Shown here: positions 46,805 to 59,168 of the stretch, in pieces
Position numbering within the stretch: the stretch's first letter is position 1
How the letters are laid out: each line of letters opens with the position of its first letter
NCBI RefSeq assembly: GCF_009914755.1
Contig: NC_060934.1
Source of the DNA: the human T2T-CHM13v2.0 reference genome, Homo sapiens
Length of the DNA: 64,000 nt
Direction: 5' to 3' (one strand)
Translations under genes and position numbers: made by a program
Notes under the pieces: model-generated
The model's input: only the letters and a program-made list of their open reading frames with translations
Told to the model about the DNA's origin: nothing
The model's database searches: none

Positions 46805-47030
46805 TTATTTTCCCCCAGCTTTATTGAGGTATAATTGATAAGTAAGAATGTATTTAAGATGTATAGCATGGTGTTTTGATATATGCATACACTGTAAAAT
46901 TATTACCACGATCAAGCTAATTAACACATCTACCACCTCAAAGAGTTACATTGTATATATGTGTGTGGGAGGATAAGAATACTTAAGATTTCCTAAAGTA
47001 TGCAATACATTATTACTAACTATAGTCTCT
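46805..47030 (-). mobile_element. L1MA8/9-like 3' end, inserted in a MIR (~46720-47130)
   Basis: 'cagctttattgaggtataattga...atcaagctaattaacacatc'; MIR-like halves on both sides. Confidence 0.75.
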
Positions 47031-47394
47031 TGATGCCATATTTCAGATAGGAAGGAACTAAGGCTTAGAAGGATTTTTTTTTTTTTTTTAGTCATCTAGC
47101 TAGTGTCAGTGTCTCAAAATAGATCTGAGTGTAACTACAAAAGAAAGGGTATAGACTACTTCATTGCTGACTGGTGGGAGGTAGCTAGAAAAAGAAGGGT
47201 GGACAACACATTAATGGGCCCAGTGGTTTCCATTTTTCGAGGCTTTAAATGAGTGATGGATGCTAGCTCGTGCATAATTAATTATTAGATAATGTGGTGC
47301 ATATCATTAAAAGAAAAATGCCAACTATAATTTATGGACAAAAGATAATATTGCTCAAGAGACAGTTGCAATCACTTAAGTATCTGAGCTGACA

Positions 47395-47610
47395 TAAGTT
47401 AGTTTTGGTCCTCTGAGAAGCAGATGCCAACATGGGGTGAGTTTTGTAAGGGATTTATTGGAGGAAACACCCGAGAAAGATAAAAAGAGACAATGGGAGT
47501 AGGTGAAGAGAACCTTCAAACCACAATGAAGATCTGACACCTGTGAAAGGAGAGACAGAAGGAAGGAAGACTGGGTAGAAATAGCTTCAAAATGTAGCAT
47601 GATTTTTAAA
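47395..47610 (-). mobile_element. LTR16-family (ERVL) LTR fragment
   Basis: 'gagaagcagatgccaa...gatttattggagg...tctgacacctgtgaaaggagag'. Confidence 0.6.
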
Positions 47611-48418
47611 GTCACCAACTAGCCAGACTCCTATGATAACAAAAGAAATGGTGACTCTAACTAAAGGTGCCTAAGAGTCTATTGGCAGTGGTTTGAGATT
47701 GACTGAAATGTTTAGGGTCATTCAGAAAAGAGATAATCTCTCTATTCACCACCACACCTCTCCTCTGTTTCAGACCTGTATTCCAGTCGAGAAAAGAGGA
47801 CAGGGAAAATAATCAGGATATTTTATTATATAAAAATGTATTGATGAATTGATCATCAAAGGGTCACTGGACTCTATGAAAGTTAGTTATTGCTGGGAGA
47901 ACTTTAGGCATTAGGGTTTCTTGAGTATTGTTTCTGACTTCAACTTCTCACAGACCCATCTCCACCATAATCAATCCTAAGTCACTCCCATGAGGCCAGG
48001 GATCTGTCCTCAATGCCTCAGATGTGCTTCCCACATTTGTGCCTTAATAGAAATGATATATCTATGTCCTGAGTATGGAGAGAGTTAACTAAAATGCTTA
48101 CGTGAAGTGCTTCAAGGCTTCTTTTACTGAAGATACAAGAGCCAAATGCAATATAATCACCACAAATACACTTGAAAAACCCGCCAAATTATTCATTTAT
48201 ATATCTCTCCTAGATAGTGGATGCTTCCAATTCTACAGTGATCACCAAAAAGGGCATTAAGATAAGCAATTTAGCATTCAAATATTTAAAGAAAAATTTA
48301 AATTTATCTTTATACTACTAGAACATTAGATGTTGAAATACACATAAACTTGCACTGTATCTCACTGCACCTTGATTTGCACTGTATCTCATTTGTTGTA
48401 AATTTCAAATAGAAAAAA

Positions 48419-49010
48419 ATGTGTCTTTATAGTAGAATGATTTATAATCCTTTGGGTATATACCCAGTAATTGGATTGCTGGGTCCCATTATTTATTTAC
48501 ATTTATTTATAGTAGAATAAATCATCCTACTATAAAGACACATGCACACGTATGTTTATTGCAGCACTGTTCACAATAGCAAAGATTTGGAACCAATCCA
48601 AATGCCCGTCAATGACAGACTGGATAAACAAAATGTGGCACACCCACACGATGTAATACTTTGCAGCCATAAAAAAGGATGAGTTCATGTCCTTTGCAGG
48701 CACATGGATGAAGCTGGAAACCATCATTCTCAGCAAACTACCACAGGAACAGAAAACCAAACACTGCATATTCTCACTCATAAGTGGGAGTTGAACAATG
48801 AGGACACATGGACACAGGGAGGGGAACATCACACACTAGGGCCTTTCAGGGGGTGGAGGGCTAGGGGAGGGATAGCATTAGGAGAAATACCTAATGTAGA
48901 TGATGGGTTGATGGGTGCAGCAAACAAGCATGGCATGTGTATACCTATGTAACAAACCTGCACGTTCCGCACGTGTATCCCAAAACTTAAATTACAATTT
49001 AAAAAAAAAA
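48419..49010 (+). mobile_element. Short L1PA7-like insertion with 5' inversion (inverted part 48419-48485, sense part 48517-49010)
   Basis: The left part is the reverse complement of L1 'gacccagcaatcc.attactgggtatatacccaaaggattataaatcattctactataaagacacat'; the right part is the sense 3' end with poly-A. Confidence 0.9.
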
Positions 49011-49066
49011 GAATAAAAAGTGGAATGTGCTCAAGAGTAAACACTCCATAATCAATAGCTATTATT

Positions 49067-49340
49067 GGAAAGCAGTAAAGTGTGCTGACTACAATGGCTG
49101 GTTTTGACTCAGACCATCTGGATACAAATTCGCAGTGGGACACATTAATTTCACCACCTTGGCAAAGTTATTTAATATCACTGCACTCCTATTTTCTCAT
49201 CTATAAAATGGGATAATGACATAAACTTTCTCATGTTGTTAAAGAAATTAAGTAAGATAATATATGTAAAAAACCTAGATGAGTGTCAGGCGTGTATTAA
49301 TCATTTAGTAAATGCCAGATAAAATTATCATTATTACTAT
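49067..49340 (+). mobile_element. MIR, near full length
   Basis: 'accttggcaaagttatttaa...ttttctcatctataaaatgggataatga'. Confidence 0.8.
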
Positions 49341-50819
49341 AATTTCTGCCATAAAGATAAAAATGCATTTTGCTTACCAGTAAATATCAGCTTGGAAACT
49401 ATAGACTTTGAAAAACTGAGATCTTTCAGTTAAAATGTCATAAAGGAAAAGACAAAAATTATTACTACAGAGAAAATGTCTCTCTTCTAAATAAAAGTCA
49501 CAAGACCCTCTTAAGCTATTTCCGATATTGTTATTGACAATCTGACCTCCAAATACCAAACAGAGTTTTCTTAATGTGCAACCCAATTGTTCTCTCTGGA
49601 GCCTTACTTTGAGGCAGAAGCAGTCACCCCAAAGTTTCAGGGTGGGAGGACAACCTGGTTATGGCTTCACATGTATCTATTGGATTTGCAATTTTTAAAT
49701 ATAAAAGTTTCTAAATTATTAACTTTCCCCAAAGTGATAATTGATGGCAAAAGTCATTTCTGCATGAAGTATTAAGTGATTTTTATGAAAAAAGCAAAGT
49801 AATTTGACAGAGCATAATAATTACACTGTCAAAGAATATAAGTTTCTATTTTCTCAGAGAAGTCTATATTACATGGTTTCAGTTTCACAGGCTGTCATCA
49901 AGACAGCAAGATTTATTTCTCCTTTAATTGCACTACGGCAGTTTTTTTTATGGAAAATGTGTATGCCATGACTGCTTCTCAGAAGGTTGAAGAACTAACT
50001 CATGGCTTCTCAGAATGGTGTAGAACCCATGGCATCACTTACATATTCACTCATGTGCACAATTAAGAGACTGGCTTGCATCCAGTGGATTTGGAAAAGA
50101 ACAGGCATGAAAGCCCTCTGGTGTTGGTCAAATATGGTAAGATATATAAGGATGATGATCTAGTAATAATGGGAAGGCCAGAAGTACTATTTTTCATGAG
50201 TGTTTTCCCCTGAATTGAAGCTCAAAGCAACTTTCCACCAAAGAAAGTGAGTTTTATGGTTATTTCAAGTTTGTAATCTCCCCTTTTAACCTCAGAAATT
50301 TCACACATAAATTATATAGAGGGAGAAAACAATCCAGAGCTGAGGATAAGGGGATAAAGTTAACATTGGCATTCATCCTTGGAGCAGAAGCTTATGTCAT
50401 TGTATGCCAATTTAATTTGTCTGCATTTATTTCAACTCCAAATCTATTCAATGTCATGCATTGAGAGGGATTCAGAAGTTATGAGGTTGATGTCTTGTTT
50501 TGTGCTAGGCCCTAAGAGCAGTAAGCAGTCATCCTATGTCTCATTTTTCAGAAGCCTTGTATATGCATTGGAGAATTAAAACTTGGGTTTATAAAAGTAT
50601 TTTATAATTGGTTTAATTTTTTTAAGTGTGGTCATATTCCAGATAATTACAGATATTTATTTTGCTTTAGATGTTTGGTAAAGTTGGGGAGTATTTGTTG
50701 AGTTTAGATCTTGAAGGGCAAATAAGTGAGAGAGAGAAAGAGAGAGCAAGTGGTGGAGACTCAAGCCCCTTCCATCTTATGCCTCTACCATTTGTTGTCT
50801 TTAAAGAAGTGTCGAATAC

Positions 50820-50965
50820 ACCATCCAATGGAGAAAAAGAGTGGAGGATATGCATGATGTGTGGGATGGCTTCATGGGCTAAAGTGGAAGTGGCATGAAC
50901 TATTTCCTCCCATACTGTGTGGAAGTGTGGAGAGACTGGGAAATATATCTTTGTGCCTAGCAGTG
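50820..50965 (-). mobile_element. Old MLT1 (J/K-like) fragment
   Basis: 'ggaagtggcatgaactatttcctcccatact...gagactgggaaatatatctttgtgcctag'. Confidence 0.35.
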
Positions 50966-51782
50966 ACAGTAAATTGTCTGGTGAAGTCTCTACCACTTAC
51001 TCTATACCCCAAACTAGTAACTGAATCCTTCCTGGTTTATTTAATGAAAGATTATACTCTAGTACTAGTAGCCAGTACCTGAAAACCGGGAACTGATTAC
51101 TAAAAGAGAAGGATCCACTGGCTCTCTGGCTAACAAGCCCTAGTCCTGGGACCAATTGCCAGACACCCTCTTGCTGCCTACCTTCTTGGACCCCAAGTAC
51201 TTGCCCCACTCTGGGAGTCCTGACTCTGGATCAGGTGACAGTCTATTCTCAGTGACAAGCTTTATTGCAATTCCCACCTCCTATGTAACCACCATAGCTC
51301 TTATGCATTGTTGCTGTTTGCTGACTTATTTTAACTACAAAGGCCATTAAGCATTTACTCTCCTATGTTCAGCAATCCTTGTGAAAACATCCCCAGTGAT
51401 GCATTAGTTAACAGTCTGTCAACACTCCATAATAATTTTGATTTATCACTCAGCTATAAAATTTTTCAAAAGGCAAAGCTCGCCTACATTGCCTGAGCTC
51501 TGAAGCAGTTTTATTTGTACTCACTTTCTAAATAAAACTTGGGGAACTCAAAGGGTGGATGAGCAAGACTGGCAACTCAAAAGAAAAAGTGTGAGAAAGA
51601 AATAGGCAAGCCTAACGAGAGAAATGAGAGCTTTCCACAAAGGCACGGGGAGTTACCAAAGGTGGAGGGAAAAGGAGAGAGAGCACATGGAAGAGACTGA
51701 CTGTAAGCAGAATACCAAATGAAGAGCCAAGAAAGAATCAACAATGAGAGATCCCATTGCCTTCTTTTTGGTATGTATCAAA

Positions 51783-52679
51783 TCTCCCTCTGCCTTATTC
51801 ATATAAGGATACACTTAATTCAACTTAGAACCCCCCTGGATATTTCAGGAGTATCTTCACAGATCAAGATCCTTAACCATATCTAAAATGTCCTTTTCAC
51901 CATATAACTGCCCAGAATTAGCCAAACCATAAGGTCTGAAAGTATAAGCCTCATAGAATGACACCAACTACAAGTTTGGGGTGGGGAGCTCCAAAAGTTG
52001 AAACTTTCAGTTTCAACAATTGGCTAGAAAGACTTACATAATTTATTGAAGGCTATTATACTCACACTTTTGGATTACTACAGGGAAAGGATACCATTAA
52101 AATCAGCCAAAGGAAAAGACACACAGGGCAGAGTCTGGCAAGTTTCCAAATAGGAAGTTTCTATTGTCCTCAGGACACAATACCATCCTGACATTGATGG
52201 GTAATAATATGCATGGAGTATTGTCAACTAGGCAAGCTCACACAAGTTTTGATGTCCAGAATTTTGGTGTCCAGTATTTTGGTATTCACAGATACCCAAG
52301 CTTTGGTGTCATTACATAGGTATGATTGATTGAATGAGTGAGTGATTGCCCATAGGGTTAAACTCAGTCTTCAGATCATTTGATATCATGACCCGAAGTC
52401 CCCATCTTTAGTCACATGACTGGAATTTCTTGCATGGTCTGCCTCTAATTTTTGACTGTCAGGTATGGACGGTTCTACCCTAAGATCTGCTGTGGCCCAG
52501 CTTCTGCCGTGAAAAAAGATACTCCTAGCAGGTATGAAATAGATTATCTCCCAAAAGCCAAAGGCAGAGGCCGAACTTTCCTCTAGGCAAAGTCAAACTC
52601 TTTCCTCTACAGTAATACTCACAGTTTTTAGGGAATAAGACACATCTATCTTGGAGGGGACATAATTTAGTCTACCATA
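51783..52679 (-). mobile_element. MLT1D/E-like LTR fragment split by a MER21-like LTR
   Basis: 'tcaagatccttaac...ttttcaccatataa' resumes at 52612 as 'gtaatactcacagtttttagggaataagac...tagtctaccata'. Confidence 0.65.
51908..52611 (-). mobile_element. MER21-like LTR
   Basis: 'ctattatactcaca...tacagggaaaggatac..ttaaaatcagccaaaggaaaagacacacagggcagagtc'. Confidence 0.75.
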
Positions 52680-53039
52680 TAAAGTTTTATTAATTCATCA
52701 AATTCTTATTGGTTGCCTGTTATACACTAGGCTCTATACCCAGGGCTGGAGATAGAAACCTAGATGGAGAGATCTCAGTAGGAGCTAAGAGATTAGTCAA
52801 GAGTTCATGGTGTTTTGGATATATAACAAGAAGGAAATTTAAGGTTTCTTTCTAAGTTTCTGACTTCAAAAAAACAGATAGTGAAGCTGAAGAGGGACCA
52901 ATTTGAGGAGAAAGTTCATGTATTCATTCCTGAATAAATTAAGTTTACAGTTCCTTTGAGATTTCTATATACTAATTTCTGTGTGACAACTGAGAGAATC
53001 CCAAACTCAGTAGGGTTGACTAGGTCAACCTGTTTCTTA

Positions 53040-53500
53040 ATAACGTGTTGCTTTTCCCATCCAAATACACCCTTTCTTGCCTTTATTGTGTGTTCTTCAA
53101 TAATGTAGATGAATTCTGTAATCATTTGCCAGTTAGATTCATGTGTTTGTCATTAGAGGGCTCTGGATGAAAACTGGAGGAGGAAAGAGTTTTTTCCCCT
53201 AGCTTGAGCATCCTCTCTCAAGTACCTACAGTGGATCACTCTTGCAGTGCCATTCTGCAAAACAAGGGGGTCAGCAATATCCCCAGTAGCTTCCTCTGGT
53301 AGGCTACTAAGCAACTTTGAAATTACTTCTGAATGAAGCCATCTGCCTCAGACTATTTCCCTGGCACCTCAGAGGACAGATTTCTACCAGGGTTCTCAGC
53401 AAGTGTCTCTGGTGCTGCATCTCAGAAAACCACTTCTGCATTGTAAGCCACAGCTGAGACTTCTCCAGCAAGATCTAGATCTCAGTCTTGGGGGAAAAAT
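53040..53500. mobile_element. LTR41-like ERVL LTR fragment
   Basis: 'ccaaatacaccctttcttgcc...tttgccagttag...tttgtcattagagggctctgg' resembles recalled LTR41 sequence. Confidence 0.5.
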
Positions 53501-54591
53501 ACTGTTGATAGGTTAAGTAAGAGAAAGGGTAAAAATATTTATTTCATTTAGTTACAGAGAGATCATGAATAATTTTAAAGAGAGCTCTTCGGTAGAGAAG
53601 TGGACAGGAGCCAAATTGGAGCCAACTGAGGAGGAAGGGACAGGAGATAAAGTCAAGAAAATGCCATAAATCAGTTTGACTATAAAAGGAGGGAAGAGAA
53701 GGTAAAGAGCTGAATGGCTTTCCCACCACATAATGCAGCTTTACTTTTGGCTTTGCAAATCTAAGATTTTTACCTCTAAGATTCCCTATTCTATAGAATC
53801 TTTCAAGGTCAGATCTTAAGATGGCACCAAGGCAGCCGTGGGGCACACCTCAGGCCATCCACACTGTTTCTGAGGTGCAAATGAAATTACTACTAGAGGC
53901 AACTCATCACAGAAAGTGAGCACCCAGCAATCCCTTAGATCCCAATCAGAAAACTCTCAGAAGGGTTCCAGGGATAGGAAGATAACAACCTGACAATCCA
54001 GAAGGGTCTTATTTTCATTAATGAAAGTGCAGCTTTGGGGAACATCTCAGTATAAACGAATGATATTTCTGTTAAAGTAGTTAGCATCCAAAAGTAATAA
54101 ATGTACTGTTTTATGTGGCAAGCAATAGTGACAGTTCTATTTTCCAAGATAATCACTCTCATTAACTGAAGCTGATTACTTCCTTAGCATTAACTCACTT
54201 AATCCTCTGACTTGAGGCAACACCACCTATATATACATATACATTCCTTTTGATCTTCAAACCATTTCTCTATGCTTTGTTTGTTTTGGTAGAGTGAGTT
54301 TTATAATGGTTAAATGTGGCAAACTGTCACTTGCCACTTTCTCATGACAGCAATTTAGCATCTAATGTCCAGAAATTGCAAGCACAAGGAAATACAGAGG
54401 CTTGCTAGCTGATTATGGACACACACAGGAGTGACTTCAGAAAGAGGCAAAATGCAGTTCAGGATAGGGCGCTGTGTTGAAGAAATATGACCCAAGTGTG
54501 TGGGGGAAGGAAATACAAGGCAGGAACTTTAAAAGCAGATTATTGATGGAAATTGATGACACGGAAGAGGAGCAGCTGATATTTTTATGTG

Positions 54592-55107
54592 TTAGGCTGG
54601 TGCAAAAGTAATTGTTTTTTTGTATTACTTTTGCTCGGCAGTGCAAAGAAAACCAGCACTTAGGCAAAAAATTCCTCAGCAAGGCAAATTTACTTCTGGA
54701 GAAGGGTGCTGCCTGCGTCAGTCATGATCACAAGAGCACTCCCAGCGGGATGGGGCAGGGGTTTTTATTTGTAACGCAATTGGTTCTTACTGCTGTGTCT
54801 TTTCCCCATTGACTGGGGTTGGACTGCACAATCTAAGCTAACCTGATTGGCTAAGGTTTAAAATTGAATAGGGTCAATTAGGTGGGAAGGTAGAGGCTGC
54901 CCGTTACTGGGCGGGAAGGCATGTCTGGACTTGTCTGGGCACAGCAAAGGCGAGAAGTGTTGTTTAACAGGTAGTTAGGAGACAAGGAAGTACAAAGAAG
55001 TTGGTCTTGAAAAACAAAGAACAGGAAACTAAAGCTTTTTGAAGAGGAATTTATCATCTGTGATACTTTCAATGGTAAAAACCACAGTTACTTTTGCACC
55101 AAGCTAG
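54592..55107. mobile_element. MADE1 (Hsmar1-derived MITE) split by an LTR
   Basis: Terminal inverted repeats 'ttaggctggtgcaaaagtaattg' and 'cagttacttttgcaccaagctag'. Confidence 0.9.
54632..55065 (-). mobile_element. ERV1-class solo LTR (subfamily uncertain)
   Basis: 4-bp TSD CTTT at 54628-54631 and 55066-55069; CCAAT-, TATA- and AGTAAA-like motifs in minus orientation. Confidence 0.8.
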
Positions 55108-55119
55108 TAATAGTAGCAG

Positions 55120-55480
55120 TGCTATGGTTTGAATGTGTCTTCTTCAAAACTCAAGGGTTGCTAATGTGATAATATTAAGAGGTGAAGCATTTAAGGGGTG
55201 ATTGGGTCATGAGGACACAAGAATGGGATTACAAAAGAGGCTTCACGCAGCATTCAGTGCACTTACCTTTCCACCTTCTGTCATGTGAGGACCCAGCGTT
55301 CCTTCCCATTGGAGAATGCAGCAACAAGGTGCCGCCTTGGAAGCAGAGAGCAGCTCTCACCAAGCAACTGAATATCTTTGTGTTGCTCTTCCCAGTCTCC
55401 AGAACTGTGAGAAAATATTCAAGTTCTTTATAAATTATCCAGTCTGTGGCATTATGCCACAGCAGCACAAAATGGACAAG
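55120..55480 (+). mobile_element. MSTD-like MaLR solo LTR
   Basis: 'tgctatggtttgaatgtgtc...gcaacaaggtgccgccttggaagcagagag...ccagaactgtgagaa'. Confidence 0.82.
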
Positions 55481-58400
55481 TAATAATAGCAATAATTATC
55501 ATAATGTTGTTATTAGCCCTCTTTCATCAAGTACCATGTATTGTGGTGTCACACATTGTGCCAAGGGCTTTGCAAGATGATCTCTTATCTAAGCACGTAG
55601 AGAACCCATCAAATCCACAGAGCACACTCTATATACTAGGCAAATTATTTAACTTTCCACACCCTCAGTTTGCAAATATTTAAAATGTAACTAAGGTCAC
55701 AAATCTGGTTCATATTGGCAGACATAGATTTTAAATGTAAATCCAACAGGCTTTTAAGAGAAACTGTTAGCCGTCTTGTACGATTTGGACTATTAATAAT
55801 GGCATCCGTGAGCTCTCTTCATATGATCATAATAAATGAACTGTGTGCCTCAGATCCAGAAAAATTAAGCAACTTTCTGCAAGTTTTCCCACTTGTAGAA
55901 TGAAAAGGTTGGACCAGGTGATTTCTTTGGTTCTCTTTAGACTTAACATTTTACCTTTCTCCTTACTGCAAGCTTTCGTAGAGAGGCCTCTTGGTTTTCT
56001 TCTGCTACCATCAGGCAAAGCAAACCCCAAATAGCCCTTCTCAGCTGTAGACCATAATGAATACGTGAAAGGATGAATGGCAACATCATTGCTTTCAGCC
56101 CTGTGTCACAGGAATAGAGGAATGTGTGAGATATAGACTGAGAACCAACCTTTCTCTGACACCCCTAAATTCTAGGGGTTCTGTCTAACGAGAGAATTCT
56201 TAGGCTTTGGAAGGGATGCACGGATATCAAACAGTATCAGTCACCTAAATGCTCTTGCTACAACAATTTCTTGTTTTCCACCTTGATTTCCCAATATCAA
56301 ATGAATCAGAGTCCAGAATACCCTGTATTATTCCCAGGGATTATCAAATGACAATGTGAAAAGGGGGAGTGTTAGCAGGTCCCTCTACCCTTCCTCTCTG
56401 TGATCATGGTCTCTCAAAAAGGTGATGTAAACTGGAGGCAGTAGTGGATTTTGATGGGCTCTACAATTTATTTTCATCTATCAACCACTGCCAAGGTGGG
56501 AACCCTACTATTTCCCAGGGAAACAGTGATTGCAGAAATACTGACTGGCAGAGTGAGGTGGAACTATGAGAATCTGATAGCACTGATTTATTTACAGTGT
56601 TCTGTGACTAGGCCAGGGAAAAAGTAACCTGAGAAATTTTCAAACATACATACTTGGATTTACATATTTACAGAACACTTTATACTCTTTTGCATTTTTC
56701 ACCCAGTGAGGCCAATCTTAATCTGATGCCAATCTTATCGCCATCTAGGTTGTCCTGTTAGTGCTGTTTAACATCTTTAACAAATTAGGACCGTATCTAA
56801 TTTGTTATATTACTGTGTCATTAAAATATGACAGTGGTTTGGAGTCTTAGGTGATCTCTATCCTTCTCTGACTATGACCCTAATGCTGCTTGGTTTTCTT
56901 TCGAATGTGTGGAGATAAAATTTACTTTTGAGATAAAAACGAACAGATGTTCACTTTTCATTATATTTGAGAGTCACTAACCAAAATTTTCCTCACTGTC
57001 CTTGTACTTTTGTTTTAATATTTGCTTTCTTTTTTTCGGCTGTTTATTTGGTTTTTACAAGCCTCTTTTCTACTTTTAAAGTTTGCTAATTTCAAAAATC
57101 TATTTGTACAATTCTTGAATTTTATTTTCCTCCTACTTAACTGCTCAATCATACAGGCAGTATATATATTGTTGGTGAAATAAAAGGAAGGATTTAGAAA
57201 CAGGGAATACTATACTTTGCAGCAAAAACATAATAGATCTTTTCCTCTATCATAAATGTATGTTAAAATATTTAAATATAAAGTCAAAGTTTTTCTTCTA
57301 TAAGTAGAAGCCCAACTTGTCCAGCTTTGCCTTTTTTCATTCTATTTCAATAGATGGTTTGAGATTATATGAAAATATCCAGACTTGCTTTCATTCTTGT
57401 TTTTCTCACAGAAGAAAAAATACAGTGCAATTTGACAAAGGTGAGGTTGGAATTTGGCAGATATTGAGCCAGATTCTCAGTTGTCTATTTGGTTTAGTTC
57501 ATCAATTTTGTACAAATATTAATATAAAGCTACATCTTCTTCCTACAGAGTCATGGACCTCAGGTAGGCCACGGAGAAGCTGACAGCCCGGTGTGCCCCT
57601 TCTTATCAACTGCCTGTTTGTACACTGTGCCTGGAATTGCTCATTCTGGGAGAGACTGCTGTGTATTGGAGCAGGAGTCCTCCCACAATGGCAGGTTGTT
57701 TCATTTTCCCTCTTTTTCTGCTTTGTTCCTGCCATTTAAAGGATTTTTGTTTGTTTTTTCCATTGCAACATTTGTGGTGAGCTTTTGATTAGGCTGAAGG
57801 CTAACACAGCTAACGCTAACAATTTAAATGGGATAACTCTCAGGGAACCTGTATAGCTCTGTCCTTCTCCCCTTCCTCCCCCTCACCATCAATACCAACA
57901 ACAGCCACTTTGCAAACCACATGCACCTTGCAAACCTTTTACAGAAGCAGATTCTTCCCTGACTAGGAGCTGAAAATATATGGAAGGTGAGTGTGTATTT
58001 AGACTTTGGGCTAGTGACAACAATTTTACTTTCCTACAAAAGGGAATTCGTGATTTCATAAGCAAGGTCGTTCGTTTACTTACAGTCCAAGATCTTGGAA
58101 TTTCTGACAAGTCAACTGTGAATGGAATAATTCTTCCCCATCTGTTCCTTTTCGGAGACAAATTGACCCTGAAAGCATGGTGATTGAAGCTCTTTAACTT
58201 CTCTGCGATGGGGTCTTAACAGACAATGATCTGTAAAAAGAGGGGGTGATGGTGATATTTATTTTGATGATTGCTAACTAGCTCCTGCTTTGCGGTCTTT
58301 CATTCGATTGCATGTCTGTCATCTCTTCTAAATCTCACCAGCACTCCATAGTGCAGTCAGGCCTGCCTTAGAGGATTTGTTAAAAGTTCAGAGGCATTAA

Positions 58401-58583
58401 TTGCCCAAAGTTTCACCAGATGGTACTCCCCTGTCAATTAGGTGTGATGTTCCTGATATATCTGATATTATCTTTATTGAACAAAAAATAGTTGGCTTGA
58501 ACTATTGACAAAACCTATACTTCCACCCAGGCTTGAGGTCACTGACTAGAAAGTCTAGATGAAGGATGAGAACTCTAGCTGCA

Positions 58584-58657
58584 TTTTTTTTTTTAGACGG
58601 AGTTTCGCTCTTGTCACCCAGTCTGGAGTGCAATGGCGCGATCTAGGCTAACTGCAA
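58584..58657 (-). mobile_element. Severely 5'-truncated AluSp/Sq-like insertion (~75 bp)
   Basis: Poly-T plus 'agacggagtttcgctcttgt...actgcaa'; TSD tag(c/t)tgcat. Confidence 0.85.
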
Positions 58658-58825
58658 TTAGTTGCATAATTGTAAAAGCTGGTATGAGATATTCCAACTT
58701 TGAGCTCAAAATCCATTTAGAACATCTGCCATGTGAAATCCCACCTGTAGTTTTGGCCATAAGCTATTTTTATTGTTAATTATGACTTTAGGTTTACACT
58801 GAATTATTTTATGTTGATGTGCTAC

Positions 58826-59146
58826 AGTTGCAGGACTTTTTCTTAGTTCAGCTAAAGATGGGGTTCTTTGTCCCATGGCCACGAAAATTCAGGCTGGCAG
58901 ACAATTTTTATGGTGAGTAAGACAGGGTTTTATTGGGTGAAAAGGAAGAAAAGGGGGAAACAAGGACACCCCACAAGGCCAGAGGCCCTGTTAGCGTGCT
59001 TCCCACCCAGGTATCTCAGGTTCCACACAGGAAGAATAGGGGCCAGGTTCCTCTCTGCTGCCAATGGGCAAACTCCCCAAGGCTCCACCCCAGTGCGCAG
59101 GCTGGCTGGAGTTTTTCTGGGGACCCCTTCACACCTGACTCTCTCA
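58826..59146 (-). mobile_element. MER61A-like ERV1 solo LTR
   Basis: 'gttgcaggactttttcttagttcagctaaaga...'; 4-bp TSD CTAC at 58822-58825 and 59147-59150. Confidence 0.82.
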
Positions 59147-59168
59147 CTACTATTTCCTAATAATGGGA

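Noticed and set aside
48350-48391. 15-bp direct repeat TTGCACTGTATCTCA
   Set aside because: A small local slippage duplication; it is not the TSD of the neighbouring L1.
52245-52312. Repeated TTTTGGTGTCCAG-like units
   Set aside because: Local slippage inside the MER21-like LTR, with no spacer structure.
58826-59146. p53 response element in the MER61-like LTR
   Set aside because: I could not find a clear paired RRRCWWGYYY site in this copy.
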